64,000 nucleotides of DNA, from the IMG/VR virus record IMGVR_UViG_3300013000_000010, positions 23,160-87,159 of that record. The stretch is one strand, 5' to 3'. The position numbers were made by a program, and so were the translations under genes. The notes below the pieces were generated by a model. That model was not told the DNA's origin, ran no database searches, and saw only the letters and a list, made by a program, of their open reading frames with translations. Of this stretch, positions 55,325 through 64,000 are shown one piece after another. The first letter of the stretch is position 1. Each line of letters begins with the position of its first letter. The DNA comes from a virus.

Positions 55325-55343
55325 AATAGGGGGTTTGTAATTT
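55325..55343 (-). promoter_or_regulatory. Late-promoter motif
   Basis: AAATTACAAACCCCCTATT. Confidence 0.6.
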
Positions 55344-55487
55344 AGAGGGGGGTGAGCGATGGCAACACAAAAAGATTTTAAAGTATAAAATTTACTTAAA
55401 AATTTATTTATGTTTTTGACACTTTTCCCGTATAGTCTGGTTTCGCGGCAGGTTGTGCCGCTGCTCACTGAAGAAAAGGAATGCAAA

Positions 55488-55889
55488 ATGAACGATGTTT
55501 ACGGACGAATGATCACCGATGCTAATTTGCCTGTTAAGAAAACCGTGCTGGCATCGTCTGAAAGAACTGGCGTGCAGCTGCTGGACTGCGGTGAGGACTG
55601 CCAGGGACGCTATGAAGTGATCACAGACAATATGCTGGTGGCCTGCACCGACGATTACGCGAGAGCGCGGGATTACTATTTCAGAGAGACCAGCCGTATC
55701 AGTAATGAATGTCAGAGCGCTTACAACGTAAGGGCGAGGGAGGCAAAGGCAGCAGGCCTTATCGGCTATCTTTTCCGTGAATATGCCTGTGAGCGCATCA
55801 CGATGGATCAGGCTCTTCAGCTGCTAAATACCCCTCGCGGTATTCCAGCGGAATCATTACCGATGTTCAGAAGCAACGAAACAAATTAA
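55488..55889 (+). CDS. Hypothetical protein (start likely 55488)
   Basis: AAGGA RBS before MNDVYG. Confidence 0.65.
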   Translation: MNDVYGRMITDANLPVKKTVLASSERTGVQLLDCGEDCQGRYEVITDNMLVACTDDYARARDYYFRETSRISNECQSAYNVRAREAKAAGLIGYLFREYACERITMDQALQLLNTPRGIPAESLPMFRSNETN

Positions 55890-56036
55890 CCTTATATCAG
55901 GCCGTATCTTCCTAATATCTCTGCATAATATTGCGAATAGCTTTATGGCAATGAAGGATTTTATTGCATAGAAAACATGCGCATATAAAATTGCGTTAGA
56001 ATGACAGCACGCTTTAAGGACGAAAGGTGATGAAGC

Positions 56037-56357
56037 ATGATAGTTAATGAATCAGAGCTATTGAAATCAGGCTTTACTGACGCTGATTTGAAGAAAATAA
56101 AAAATAATATTGAGAACTATGGTGGATCGCTGAATCAGGCTGTAGTTGATTTAAAGAACAGGTTTAGTGTGTTGTTATGGATCGCTTCAGCCTGCGTGCT
56201 GGTGTTTATCTTTCTTCTCTGTTTCTCAACTAAGCCATACATTTTAGGCGGAGGTCTGTCTCTGCTTATCGCAGTAGTCATTGTGACATTTATCCAACCG
56301 CCAGTATTGGCCTGGAAGTCATGGCGCTACTGGCGGTTGAAGAAAGAATCAGTTTGA
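56037..56357 (+). CDS. Two-TM membrane protein
   Basis: 106 aa; two hydrophobic segments; AT-rich. Confidence 0.75.
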   Translation: MIVNESELLKSGFTDADLKKIKNNIENYGGSLNQAVVDLKNRFSVLLWIASACVLVFIFLLCFSTKPYILGGGLSLLIAVVIVTFIQPPVLAWKSWRYWRLKKESV

Positions 56358-57161
56358 ATTGTCACCCACACTGATCAAATCAAACGTCACTTTAGCCTTT
56401 ACACCCCAGCCCACAATTTTCATGGTCAGTTTAGGGCGGCTCATGGTGTCAACTTTGCGGTAATAATCGCCAGCCATCCATCGGTATAGCCGCCATGCAC
56501 CAGGCTTTTTCGCCAGCCCATAAACGCTGTAAATACTGGATAAAAGCGTTACTCCGTTGTAGAAAGCCAGTCCCGACTGCGGCCTGAATCCCATGAATTT
56601 CGCGGCCTGCATTGCACCGTCGGCAAACATGCCTTCGGTTTGCACGTCAGACAGGCCAGAAATAAGCTCTTTTGATATCCCATTAACACCGTCCATAACG
56701 AGAACAGCACCGGCCAGTACGCCGAGAGGTGTCATCGTCGAGATCATCAAAGCACCGCCGACAACAGCAAAACCTGAAATCACGACATGAACAGCGGAAA
56801 TCACATAACCCACAATTTTGTTGTTTTCGCGCACGAACTCCACTTTGGCGTATAGTTCGGCTTTCTTGGTCAATAGTAGTCGCGCTTGCTCTTCCAGGCT
56901 CTCTGTTTCGAATCTGAGATTCTTAACGCATTCCAGGCATTCTTCATCAGATTTTGCCTGTCGGGCCGCGACGAACTGCTTATCAACGACGGATTTTATT
57001 TCCTGAACAAACTGTAATCGGGTAAGCCCATCCTTGAGATGGAAAGCTGCCAGCTTATTGGCTGTGTTAATCAGCTTTCTGGCTTCAAGATTGACCATTG
57101 TTTCAGCCCAGGCTTTATTCCTCCCACCTGAGCGCATCATTTCAAGTAAGGCTGCGTCCAT
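56349..57161 (-). CDS. DUF4225-like protein (start likely 57161)
   Basis: MDAALLEMMRSGG...; hydrophobic hairpin GYVISAVHVVISG...GAVLVMDG; GGGAG RBS. Confidence 0.65.
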   Translation of the reverse strand: MDAALLEMMRSGGRNKAWAETMVNLEARKLINTANKLAAFHLKDGLTRLQFVQEIKSVVDKQFVAARQAKSDEECLECVKNLRFETESLEEQARLLLTKKAELYAKVEFVRENNKIVGYVISAVHVVISGFAVVGGALMISTMTPLGVLAGAVLVMDGVNGISKELISGLSDVQTEGMFADGAMQAAKFMGFRPQSGLAFYNGVTLLSSIYSVYGLAKKPGAWRLYRWMAGDYYRKVDTMSRPKLTMKIVGWGVKAKVTFDLISVGDNSN

Positions 57162-57256
57162 TTTCGTCTCCCTGTACATTACATCATCAATAATACTCGC
57201 TGATTGCTGGCTGTAAACAAAAGCGGCCCGTTCCATCCTGAAAGTAAAGATCAAAT

Positions 57257-57285
57257 AATAAACCCCGCACAGAGCGGGGCTTATT
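57257..57285. terminator. Terminator after dmt
   Basis: CCCCGC-ACAGA-GCGGGG flanked by A/T runs. Confidence 0.7.
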
Positions 57286-57289
57286 CGTT

Positions 57290-59839
57290 TCAGAGCACGG
57301 CAATTATGTCGTTGACCGTTTTGCGCGTCTCACTTTTACAGGACACGGATCGACGTGTGGCCAGCGGGGCGATTCTGAAACCATTGCTGATATACAGATG
57401 CAGAATGGCTGGTGCGCTGCTGTTAGTGATGACCACCTTCGCCCCACGGTCCCGCGCCGCCGCCAGGCACTCCACCAGCCGCGCCTGATCCGCAAACGTG
57501 AATGAGGTGCCGCTGTAGGCCGTAAAACCGGCTTCGTCTGGCAAAGGCTCATACGGCGGATCGCAAAACACTACGTCGCCTTCACCCGCCTGCGCTATCA
57601 CATCCCCAAATCCGGCACACACGAACTCCATTTCTTTCTGCATGCCGGTGAAGTGCGCCAGCTCGCCCATCGGAAAATAGTTTGCTTCGCCCTTTTTATT
57701 CCAGCCCACATTAAACAGGCCTTTCTGGTTATACCGGCACAGTCCGTTATAGCTGGTGCGCATCAGCGCCAGGAAAAGCGCTGCATGCCGTACTGCGTGC
57801 GCCTCACGTCCGTTAAATTCATCCCGAATGGCAAGATACGCCTTATTGGACAGACAGCCTCGCTCCAGCTGGTAGGCCGTCTTAATCACGGCTTCAGGAT
57901 TACCCTGCAGCTGATTGAAGAGGTTGATCAGGTCCGGATTAATGTCGCCCAGCAGGTTACGCTTAAAGCCCGCGTTGATGAACACCGTACCACTGCCGAC
58001 GAACGGCTCAATCAGGCGCTTTCCTGCGGGCAGCATTGGCAGCACTTCATCCAGAACGGAGTATTTGCCGCCCGCCCATTTCAGGAATGAACGGGGGTAC
58101 TTGTCGTCCGGAACCTTTCGCGCCGGCGCACGCTTTTTCTTTGCCGCTGGTGGTACGGGCAGGGCAGCTGGCTGCGGCTCAATGTCGCCAGTCACAAGCA
58201 TGATTTGATTGGCAATGCGATCGCCAATCCAGCGCATAACCGGCACAGCCATAGAGTTACCGATCGCTTTGTAACGCGGACCATCAGCCGCCAGCCGGTG
58301 CGCCTCTTCTTCCGGCATGTCGGGGTGCATCAGGCGTAGATAGGTCAGTTCATCAGCGGCAAGCATATTGCGCTTCTTTTCCGGGATCAGGGTCCAGCCA
58401 TCCGGGAAGCCCTGTAGGCGCTCACACTCTTTAGGTGTCAGGCGCCGGACTTCGCACTGGCTGACGACAGAGGGGAAGCCCTGGCCGGGTTTACCGCCAC
58501 CAGCTGATAGCGCCCCGATGATCTGGCCGTCGCCATTAAACAACCGGAGCTCGCCGCGAGTGTTTTCGGCAAAAGCAGCATGATCCACACATCGTGCAAC
58601 ACATGGCGCTGCGTCACCTTTCCCCGTTTCCCCGGATTCAGCGTTAAGCGTGTGGCAAAGGTCGGCCATGTCACCGCGGCCGTTCCTCGCAATGCGAGTC
58701 TGAAAGCCATAAGCAACGGTTGGCGTGCCGCGCCCGGTGCCATCCTCAGAGGTGTCGTGACCTTCTGCGGTCAGAGTGTGGCTGACCTCACCCGTCGCGC
58801 TCTGCACAGCAAACGTCTCGACGTCAAAATCATTACGTTGGCCTTTAGCCGTCAGACACGCGGCCACGCTTAGCGCTCCTGAGCAGTTACCGCCGCCAAA
58901 CGCAACAGGAATAAAGTGACCCGCTGCTGCGCCTTCTGGCCTGCCACCAGCGCCACCAGTAAACGAATGGGCTGCAATAGCTCCAACTACCTGCCCGCTA
59001 TCTGTTTGCATGTGCGCATCAAACGCAGAAACTAAGTGACCGGCCGCGGCATGGGAGAAGTCAGGGCCACCGACTCCAGAGCCATTAGCAGTAAGGGGGG
59101 CAACTGCCTGCCCCGTTTCTCTGCGCGGCGGAGAATCCCGGCGCACGCCGTCGAACTCAAGAAGTATTTCTGCGGGATCAACGTCGTTTCGAGCACTTGA
59201 GACAACGAACACACGACGGCGGCGTTGGGCCACTCCAAAGTATTGGGCATCGAGGAGTCGCCAGGCGAGTTTGCGCTGTCGTCCAATAACACAACCAGAC
59301 TTCGGCCACTTTGCCACATGCTTGCCATCGCTTTTTTTCCATCGCCAGCCGGGACCGCTTTTGCCGTGTTCAGGTCGTGGGCCTGGTTCAAACGCTTCAT
59401 CTTCGCCAGCCATTCCGGCAAGGAAGTATCCAAAGGCGTTGTCATCTGTACTGAGGCTTCCCGGCACGTTTTCCCACAGGTGGACGGCTGGTGGTTCGCC
59501 GTCTGAGACTCGTTTTTCGTCAATTGCATTCGCTAAATCTACATAGGCAAGGGTGAGTTGACCGCGGGGGTCATCAAGGCTTTTACGGAGTCCGGCGATC
59601 GAGAACGCCTGGCATGGGGTGCCGCCAACCATCACGGCTGGGGCAGGGATGGAGCCAGCGCGAACGCCAGCGGCAATTTTGGTCATATCGCCCAAGTTAG
59701 GGACGTCCGGATAGCGGTGCGCCAGCACGGCCGCGGGAAACTTTTCGATCTCCGCGAACCATGCCGCTTTCCATCCCAGTCCGTCCCACGCGACGCTGGC
59801 TGCTTCAATCCCCGAACAAACAGAGCCGTAAGTGATCAT
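57290..59839 (-). CDS. dmt: Fusion methylase: C5-cytosine MTase plus Dam-type N6-adenine MTase
   Basis: CSGIEA, GGTPCQ, WENV, QRRRR, GNSMAV (C5); KWAGGK, EPFVGSG, DPPY (Dam). Confidence 0.9.
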   Translation of the reverse strand: MITYGSVCSGIEAASVAWDGLGWKAAWFAEIEKFPAAVLAHRYPDVPNLGDMTKIAAGVRAGSIPAPAVMVGGTPCQAFSIAGLRKSLDDPRGQLTLAYVDLANAIDEKRVSDGEPPAVHLWENVPGSLSTDDNAFGYFLAGMAGEDEAFEPGPRPEHGKSGPGWRWKKSDGKHVAKWPKSGCVIGRQRKLAWRLLDAQYFGVAQRRRRVFVVSSARNDVDPAEILLEFDGVRRDSPPRRETGQAVAPLTANGSGVGGPDFSHAAAGHLVSAFDAHMQTDSGQVVGAIAAHSFTGGAGGRPEGAAAGHFIPVAFGGGNCSGALSVAACLTAKGQRNDFDVETFAVQSATGEVSHTLTAEGHDTSEDGTGRGTPTVAYGFQTRIARNGRGDMADLCHTLNAESGETGKGDAAPCVARCVDHAAFAENTRGELRLFNGDGQIIGALSAGGGKPGQGFPSVVSQCEVRRLTPKECERLQGFPDGWTLIPEKKRNMLAADELTYLRLMHPDMPEEEAHRLAADGPRYKAIGNSMAVPVMRWIGDRIANQIMLVTGDIEPQPAALPVPPAAKKKRAPARKVPDDKYPRSFLKWAGGKYSVLDEVLPMLPAGKRLIEPFVGSGTVFINAGFKRNLLGDINPDLINLFNQLQGNPEAVIKTAYQLERGCLSNKAYLAIRDEFNGREAHAVRHAALFLALMRTSYNGLCRYNQKGLFNVGWNKKGEANYFPMGELAHFTGMQKEMEFVCAGFGDVIAQAGEGDVVFCDPPYEPLPDEAGFTAYSGTSFTFADQARLVECLAAARDRGAKVVITNSSAPAILHLYISNGFRIAPLATRRSVSCKSETRKTVNDIIAVL
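59032..59529 (-). CDS. Alternative-frame (+1) gene nested in the C5 domain; M.EcoHK31I beta-subunit-like
   Basis: 165 aa; CSLSQVLE...IPQKYFLSSTACAGILRRAEKRGRQLPPLL is a conserved motif of such nested subunits. Confidence 0.65.
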   Translation of the reverse strand: MQLTKNESQTANHQPSTCGKTCREASVQMTTPLDTSLPEWLAKMKRLNQAHDLNTAKAVPAGDGKKAMASMWQSGRSLVVLLDDSANSPGDSSMPNTLEWPNAAVVCSLSQVLETTLIPQKYFLSSTACAGILRRAEKRGRQLPPLLLMALESVALTSPMPRPVT

Positions 59840-61101
59840 GCGATCACCTCTTCAGCAGCATGAGGCGCTGCTGGTGGCTTCTCAAAGCTGATACGGCTCA
59901 TGGCTATGTCAAAGTAGCCATCATCCATTTCAATGCCAACGAAGCGGAATCCGTGGCGCACGGCGGCTTTACCGGTCGTACCGCTACCCATGAACGGATC
60001 GAGCACCACGCCACCAGCAGGCGTAACCAGGCGACACAGGTACTCCATCAGCGCGACGGGTTTTACTGTCGGGTGATAATTGCCTTGCATACTGTTTCCG
60101 CCGTTTTCGTGCTGGCGGGGTGTGCTGTCGTGGCTGAATTGTGGGCCGGGGTGCTTAACGCCTTCATGGCGCTCTTTAGAGCTCGTTTTAGCGCAGTAGA
60201 AGAAACGCGCCGTACTGCCGCTGTCGGTGTATTCGGTACTCTGATGGTTGTCTGTTCCCCAGCTGGTGCCGTCAACACTTGCCGCTTTGCTGGTGTCGCT
60301 GCGCTTACCCGTCTGGCTGGATTGAGGAAACAGCGCCAGAACCGGATCGCTGCCATCATGGATCAGGTTCGCTGGCCACCGTCCTGGCGGATTGTAGTTC
60401 TCCTGCAGGCGATCGTACTTACCGTAGCTATTAACCGTTACGGCACTGTCTGTATTGGAATCGCCGTGCTTATTCTTACTCTTGGATTCGCTTTCATCAG
60501 CATTACCAGCGAAAGGCACACGGCATTCTTCAATGTTAATCGCACCAACGCCGTCGTTCAGCAGGTTCGCCACCAGCGATCCCCGGAAGGGTTTACGCGC
60601 AACAGAAATAGGTTCATGTGCTGGTTTTAAGGCCGTTCCCCAGCCACTCCATAGCTTAATCGCATAGTGGCTGTAGTCCGTTACCTGCCGGTAAATGGCC
60701 TTACTGATGTCCATATTTTTCGGGAAGCCACTGCCGTACATCCAGGCGATAGAATCGCGGATCTCAAAACCAGCGAGGCGTATGGCCAGCGTGCCTAAAT
60801 CCTGTGTGCGGGGGCTGAAAAAGGCCAGCAAGTGTCCGCCAGGCCTGAGCACCCGCAGGCACTCTTTCCATACTGACGGACCCGGCACAAAGCCATCCCA
60901 TGATTTACCCATAAAGCCGCCGCCAGAATGCTGGTAATCATCACCGGCTAACCAGTGGCCCAGCACCTCAGCCATGTCAGGCTCTTTTGTATTCATACCA
61001 TAAGGCGGATCCGTAACAATGCTGTCTACGGAGTTGTCAGGAAGGGTGCGCAGGATATCCAGGCACTTTGCGTTATGAAGTGAAACAGCCGGGTAGTTCA
61101 T
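59836..61101 (-). CDS. Beta-class N6A/N4C DNA methyltransferase
   Basis: TDPPY near the N-terminus; HPTVKP...VLDPFMGSGTTG near the C-terminus. Confidence 0.9.
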   Translation of the reverse strand: MNYPAVSLHNAKCLDILRTLPDNSVDSIVTDPPYGMNTKEPDMAEVLGHWLAGDDYQHSGGGFMGKSWDGFVPGPSVWKECLRVLRPGGHLLAFFSPRTQDLGTLAIRLAGFEIRDSIAWMYGSGFPKNMDISKAIYRQVTDYSHYAIKLWSGWGTALKPAHEPISVARKPFRGSLVANLLNDGVGAINIEECRVPFAGNADESESKSKNKHGDSNTDSAVTVNSYGKYDRLQENYNPPGRWPANLIHDGSDPVLALFPQSSQTGKRSDTSKAASVDGTSWGTDNHQSTEYTDSGSTARFFYCAKTSSKERHEGVKHPGPQFSHDSTPRQHENGGNSMQGNYHPTVKPVALMEYLCRLVTPAGGVVLDPFMGSGTTGKAAVRHGFRFVGIEMDDGYFDIAMSRISFEKPPAAPHAAEEVIA

Positions 61102-62006
61102 CGCTTCGCCTCGCCGCCCAGCGCATCCACCAGCCCGGAGAAGAAGCCGGAAAACTCGGACGTGAAAAGCATGAAGTCGGCCAGCATGCGTGCGCGCTGA
61201 TCCTCACGGTCGATATCATCATTCTGCTCGGTGAGCATGTCGGCGTACTTAATGCCCTTAATGCTCAGGTCATCGGATACGCGGCAGAAAATGCGCTCTT
61301 GCCAATCCAGGCTAAGCTGCGTGACCAGTTTCCCGGCCTCGATGTGCGTACGCACCTCGTCACTCAGTAAATCCTGTTTTTTGCAGCGGATTTTGCCGCC
61401 GTCTTCCAGAATTGCCGCCAGCTCGGCCTCGTCGCCTAGCGCAAAACCGGCGGGCAGTTCTGCGGCGCGTAGCCATTCTGTCAGCGTCAGCTCAATGGGA
61501 TCAGCGGTCATCATTGGAATAACCGGCAGGGAGCCGATAGTTTTACGCAGCAGCGCCAGCATATCCTCAGCGGCTTTCGCGCTGGCGGCGTCAACATAGA
61601 TACGGCTGTTAACGCTATCGATCCAGATATAGGACTCAGAGCGACGCGTGAAAGCACGCGGCAGAAGCACACACAGTGCCTCGTCTCTCAGACTGACTCT
61701 TTCGCTGCGGCGTACCTTGCGCGCCTGTTCACGCTCGATTATCTCCACTTTCTCGGCAACGTAATCGTTGAGCGTTGCGGCTGGCATAATTTTGGTTTCA
61801 TGCTGACAGCACAGCAGGTACTGGCCGTTCACGGCCAGCAGTAGGCCGTCTGACGTGACATTGATCCAGCCTGATTTAGCCATGTCCTGCGCTGCGCAGG
61901 GGGAAAACGTCATCGCCTGCAGCTGCTGCTCCAGCTGCTCCGCATCGAGCGGAATATCCCGGTTCAGGCTGTAGGCCATGACGTTTTTAAAGAAGGGTGA
62001 TTTCAT
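61098..62006 (-). CDS. rdgC: Recombination-associated protein RdgC (P1 HrdC)
   Basis: FFKNVMAY, KIMPAA, LLPRAF, GKLVTQLSLDW. Confidence 0.95.
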   Translation of the reverse strand: MKSPFFKNVMAYSLNRDIPLDAEQLEQQLQAMTFSPCAAQDMAKSGWINVTSDGLLLAVNGQYLLCCQHETKIMPAATLNDYVAEKVEIIEREQARKVRRSERVSLRDEALCVLLPRAFTRRSESYIWIDSVNSRIYVDAASAKAAEDMLALLRKTIGSLPVIPMMTADPIELTLTEWLRAAELPAGFALGDEAELAAILEDGGKIRCKKQDLLSDEVRTHIEAGKLVTQLSLDWQERIFCRVSDDLSIKGIKYADMLTEQNDDIDREDQRARMLADFMLFTSEFSGFFSGLVDALGGEAKR

Positions 62007-62039
62007 TCAGGAATGTCTCAACTTATAGCGTTAACACAT

Positions 62040-62057
62040 TCTAAATAATATTTTAGA
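62040..62057. promoter_or_regulatory. Operator-like palindrome upstream of the rdgC-methylase operon
   Basis: TCTAAA-TAATAT-TTTAGA, same geometry as the 11148 and 12537 sites. Confidence 0.55.
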
Positions 62058-62070
62058 TTTAAGATAACCC

Positions 62071-62679
62071 TTACTGCTTGAACTCGAATTGCGGTGCGGT
62101 TGCGCTGAATGGCCCGCCAGACTGGAACACAATTTTCCCGCCAGCTTTGATAGTCAGGTCGCCGCCGACATCAATTACCAGGTTCCCCGGCCCCAGCAGA
62201 TAAATATCTCCGCCTTCGTTCATCCCGACACGCGAACCGCTGGCCGTATTGGCAATCTCGTACCCGCCACCAGCAGATCGGATCTCCAGCAGGTTATTGC
62301 GGTGCGACACAAAATCCGTTGTTGGATTCAGGGAAGGGCGCGCCGGCGCGCCGCCCACTGCTGGAGGCTCATACCCGCCACCCTGGCCGGATGCTTCAGG
62401 CGCGACGCTTGGCACGCCGCCCGGTGCCGACTGCGCAGCGCCGGTGATTAGCGGGCGTCGTGTGTCCGGCTTCCCGCGGCCGTCTTTGTAAGGAAACTCC
62501 ACCCATACCTGATCGCCTACAATGCAGGGTACAAACGTGTTGCCGATCGGCAGCTGATATTCCGCCCAGGGCAGGGTATCTGCATCTACGTCCGCCCACT
62601 GGGGAGTGAGGCGGATCTGCGCCCGCATGTGTCCCTGCGGGTCTTTTGTGGCCGTGATTATGGCGCGCTGCTTACTCAC
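62071..62679 (-). CDS. Baseplate spike gp5 (gpV-like OB fold)
   Basis: DPQGHMRAQI...LPWA...GDQVWVEF. Confidence 0.85.
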   Translation of the reverse strand: MSKQRAIITATKDPQGHMRAQIRLTPQWADVDADTLPWAEYQLPIGNTFVPCIVGDQVWVEFPYKDGRGKPDTRRPLITGAAQSAPGGVPSVAPEASGQGGGYEPPAVGGAPARPSLNPTTDFVSHRNNLLEIRSAGGGYEIANTASGSRVGMNEGGDIYLLGPGNLVIDVGGDLTIKAGGKIVFQSGGPFSATAPQFEFKQ

Positions 62680-63665
62680 TGATTGGGTACTCCTAAAATC
62701 ATGCGCGTGGTGTAGCCAATCCGATCCTCATGGTGAATGACCGCAACGGCGATAAAGTTTTTCGGTAACGTTTCGTCTACCTGGTTCTCCGCGTCATAGC
62801 GATGGATCTGCACGCCGATAATCATGCCAGCGGTGACGTCTGCGTTGCCGCTGACCTCAATATCCAGCTTAGGGACGATCACCCGCGCCATGTTGGTCAG
62901 CGTTGCCACATCGGCGTCAGAAATGTATTTGACCGGCTTCGTCTTATCGCCCACGGCCACGTAGCCCTCTGTCATGGAGTAGCCGACATACTGATAATCC
63001 CGGCTGCTGGTGGCGGCGGCATCCTGATTGATGTTGCTCAGCTTGCTGATCGTGTATTCGGCCTGCGGATTGTTGGCCTCATAGACAAATGCCGCCTTTG
63101 TGCCGATCAGCTTTGCCATGTCCTTCATGCAGAATTTCCCGCGGGCGCACCACACCAGCGCGCCGTGATCTTCCGCTATCTGGCGCAGCACGCCGGACGG
63201 CTTCTCGCCCATATTGAGGTGATAGGTCATCGCTTTGCGGAAGGCATCAGCCTCAATCGTCATTTTGCCTGCGAACTCGGCCATGACGTCACCTGGCTGG
63301 CGGTCGGCATACAGCCGCACGCGGGCGGATGGGGTTTTGAGACGCTTCAGGTCCGCGGACACAGCGATGATCCGCACCACGTCACCGCTGGCGGGCGCGG
63401 ACGTCACGAAAAACGTCTCTGTATACGCGCCGCGCTGCCCGGTCGGGTCGCCCAGCTCTGCCACCAGCTCAGCGCCATACCGGGCACCCATTTCGTCCAC
63501 CAGCTTTCCGGCTGGGTCGTGCGTCTCCAGCACCAGCAGCGGCGAAGTTAGCGACGTCTTCTCAATGTAAATCACAGACGTTATCCAGCTGCGCGGCATT
63601 TCCACGCCATTAAGCAGGACCGACTGCAGGAAATACTGCATGGGCTTGTTTTGCTGATCAGCCAT
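62676..63665 (-). CDS. Baseplate hub gp6 (gpD-like)
   Basis: 329 aa; between 24 and 5. Confidence 0.8.
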   Translation of the reverse strand: MADQQNKPMQYFLQSVLLNGVEMPRSWITSVIYIEKTSLTSPLLVLETHDPAGKLVDEMGARYGAELVAELGDPTGQRGAYTETFFVTSAPASGDVVRIIAVSADLKRLKTPSARVRLYADRQPGDVMAEFAGKMTIEADAFRKAMTYHLNMGEKPSGVLRQIAEDHGALVWCARGKFCMKDMAKLIGTKAAFVYEANNPQAEYTISKLSNINQDAAATSSRDYQYVGYSMTEGYVAVGDKTKPVKYISDADVATLTNMARVIVPKLDIEVSGNADVTAGMIIGVQIHRYDAENQVDETLPKNFIAVAVIHHEDRIGYTTRMILGVPNQ

Positions 63666-64000
63666 CAGTTGCCCCCTGGTGCCAGCTGGGTGTCATACCG
63701 GACGCTCCGGGCATCAACCTCATGCGCGGTCAGCACATCCACCATGACAATCAGCGACGCCTGGCAGGCGTAAATCCGATCCTGGGTGAATGGCGGTGAC
63801 ATATCGCTGAACATGATGGTTTTGGCGTCCTGAATGCTGCAGTTGATCTCAACGGGCCAGTTGACCAGCTTTTCCTGCGCCTTGAAGTTAGTGGTGAGCC
63901 GGGAGCGGAAGTTAGCGGCCAGCGTGTTGCACATCAGCGACAGCGTATCTTTGTCACTGGCAATCAGCGTGATGGAGTAATTGAGCGAGGCCTGCGTAGC
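63665..64000 (-). CDS. Tail terminator gp24-like, 5' part outside the window
   Basis: Frame open to position 64000; synteny 5-6-24. Confidence 0.6.
   Translation of the reverse strand, partial: ATQASLNYSITLIASDKDTLSLMCNTLAANFRSRLTTNFKAQEKLVNWPVEINCSIQDAKTIMFSDMSPPFTQDRIYACQASLIVMVDVLTAHEVDARSVRYDTQLAPGGN

Larger units (their letters stand above)
1..64000. mobile_element. P1-like phage / phage-plasmid (part of genome; both ends open)
   Basis: P1-type gene content and order (c1-pacB-pacA, darB-prt-pro, ddrB-darA-hdf-lydB-lydA, S-R-16-bplA-pmgA-sit, 22-23, dmt-rdgC, 5-6-24); ParM partition pair; no integrase or att site seen. Confidence 0.95.

Noticed and set aside
1-64000. CRISPR array, IS element, integrase/att, cin/cix sites, cre/lox, repA iterons, reverse transcriptase
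   Set aside because: No repeat-spacer periodicity or diagnostic protein motifs seen by eye in this window

Overview
The whole window is part of a P1-like (Punavirus-related) temperate phage, probably a phage-plasmid of an enterobacterial host. Recognisable genes: a 5'-truncated C1-type repressor, terminase pacA/pacB with a Dam-site pac array, an actin-like ParM/StbA partition pair, an Lpa-like late activator, early accessory genes, the Dar anti-restriction set (lxc, ulx, darB, ddrB, ddrA, darA, hdf), portal, protease, RepL, a lambda-R-type endolysin, holin, antiholin and spanins, the contractile tail and capsid genes, a C5/Dam fusion methylase plus a second methylase, RdgC and baseplate genes. 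Unlike P1, there is no parAB-repA after the capsid gene and no Cin-invertible fibre cassette, and the immI/repL block is broken up. The least ordinary signals are: (1) a ~2.5 kb ORF-poor region (8.6-11.2 kb) packed with RNA structure, holding two tRNA-like RNAs with abnormal anticodon arms and three copies of a conserved stem; (2) three Tad2/DUF2829-like domains, one behind a C4-type antisense switch where P1 has its antirepressor and one fused to a TetR-like HTH; (3) six tandem hairpins with a shared loop motif upstream of repL; (4) an alternative-frame gene inside the cytosine methylase. P1 gene names rest on remembered sequences and synteny, not database searches. RNA structures were folded by eye.
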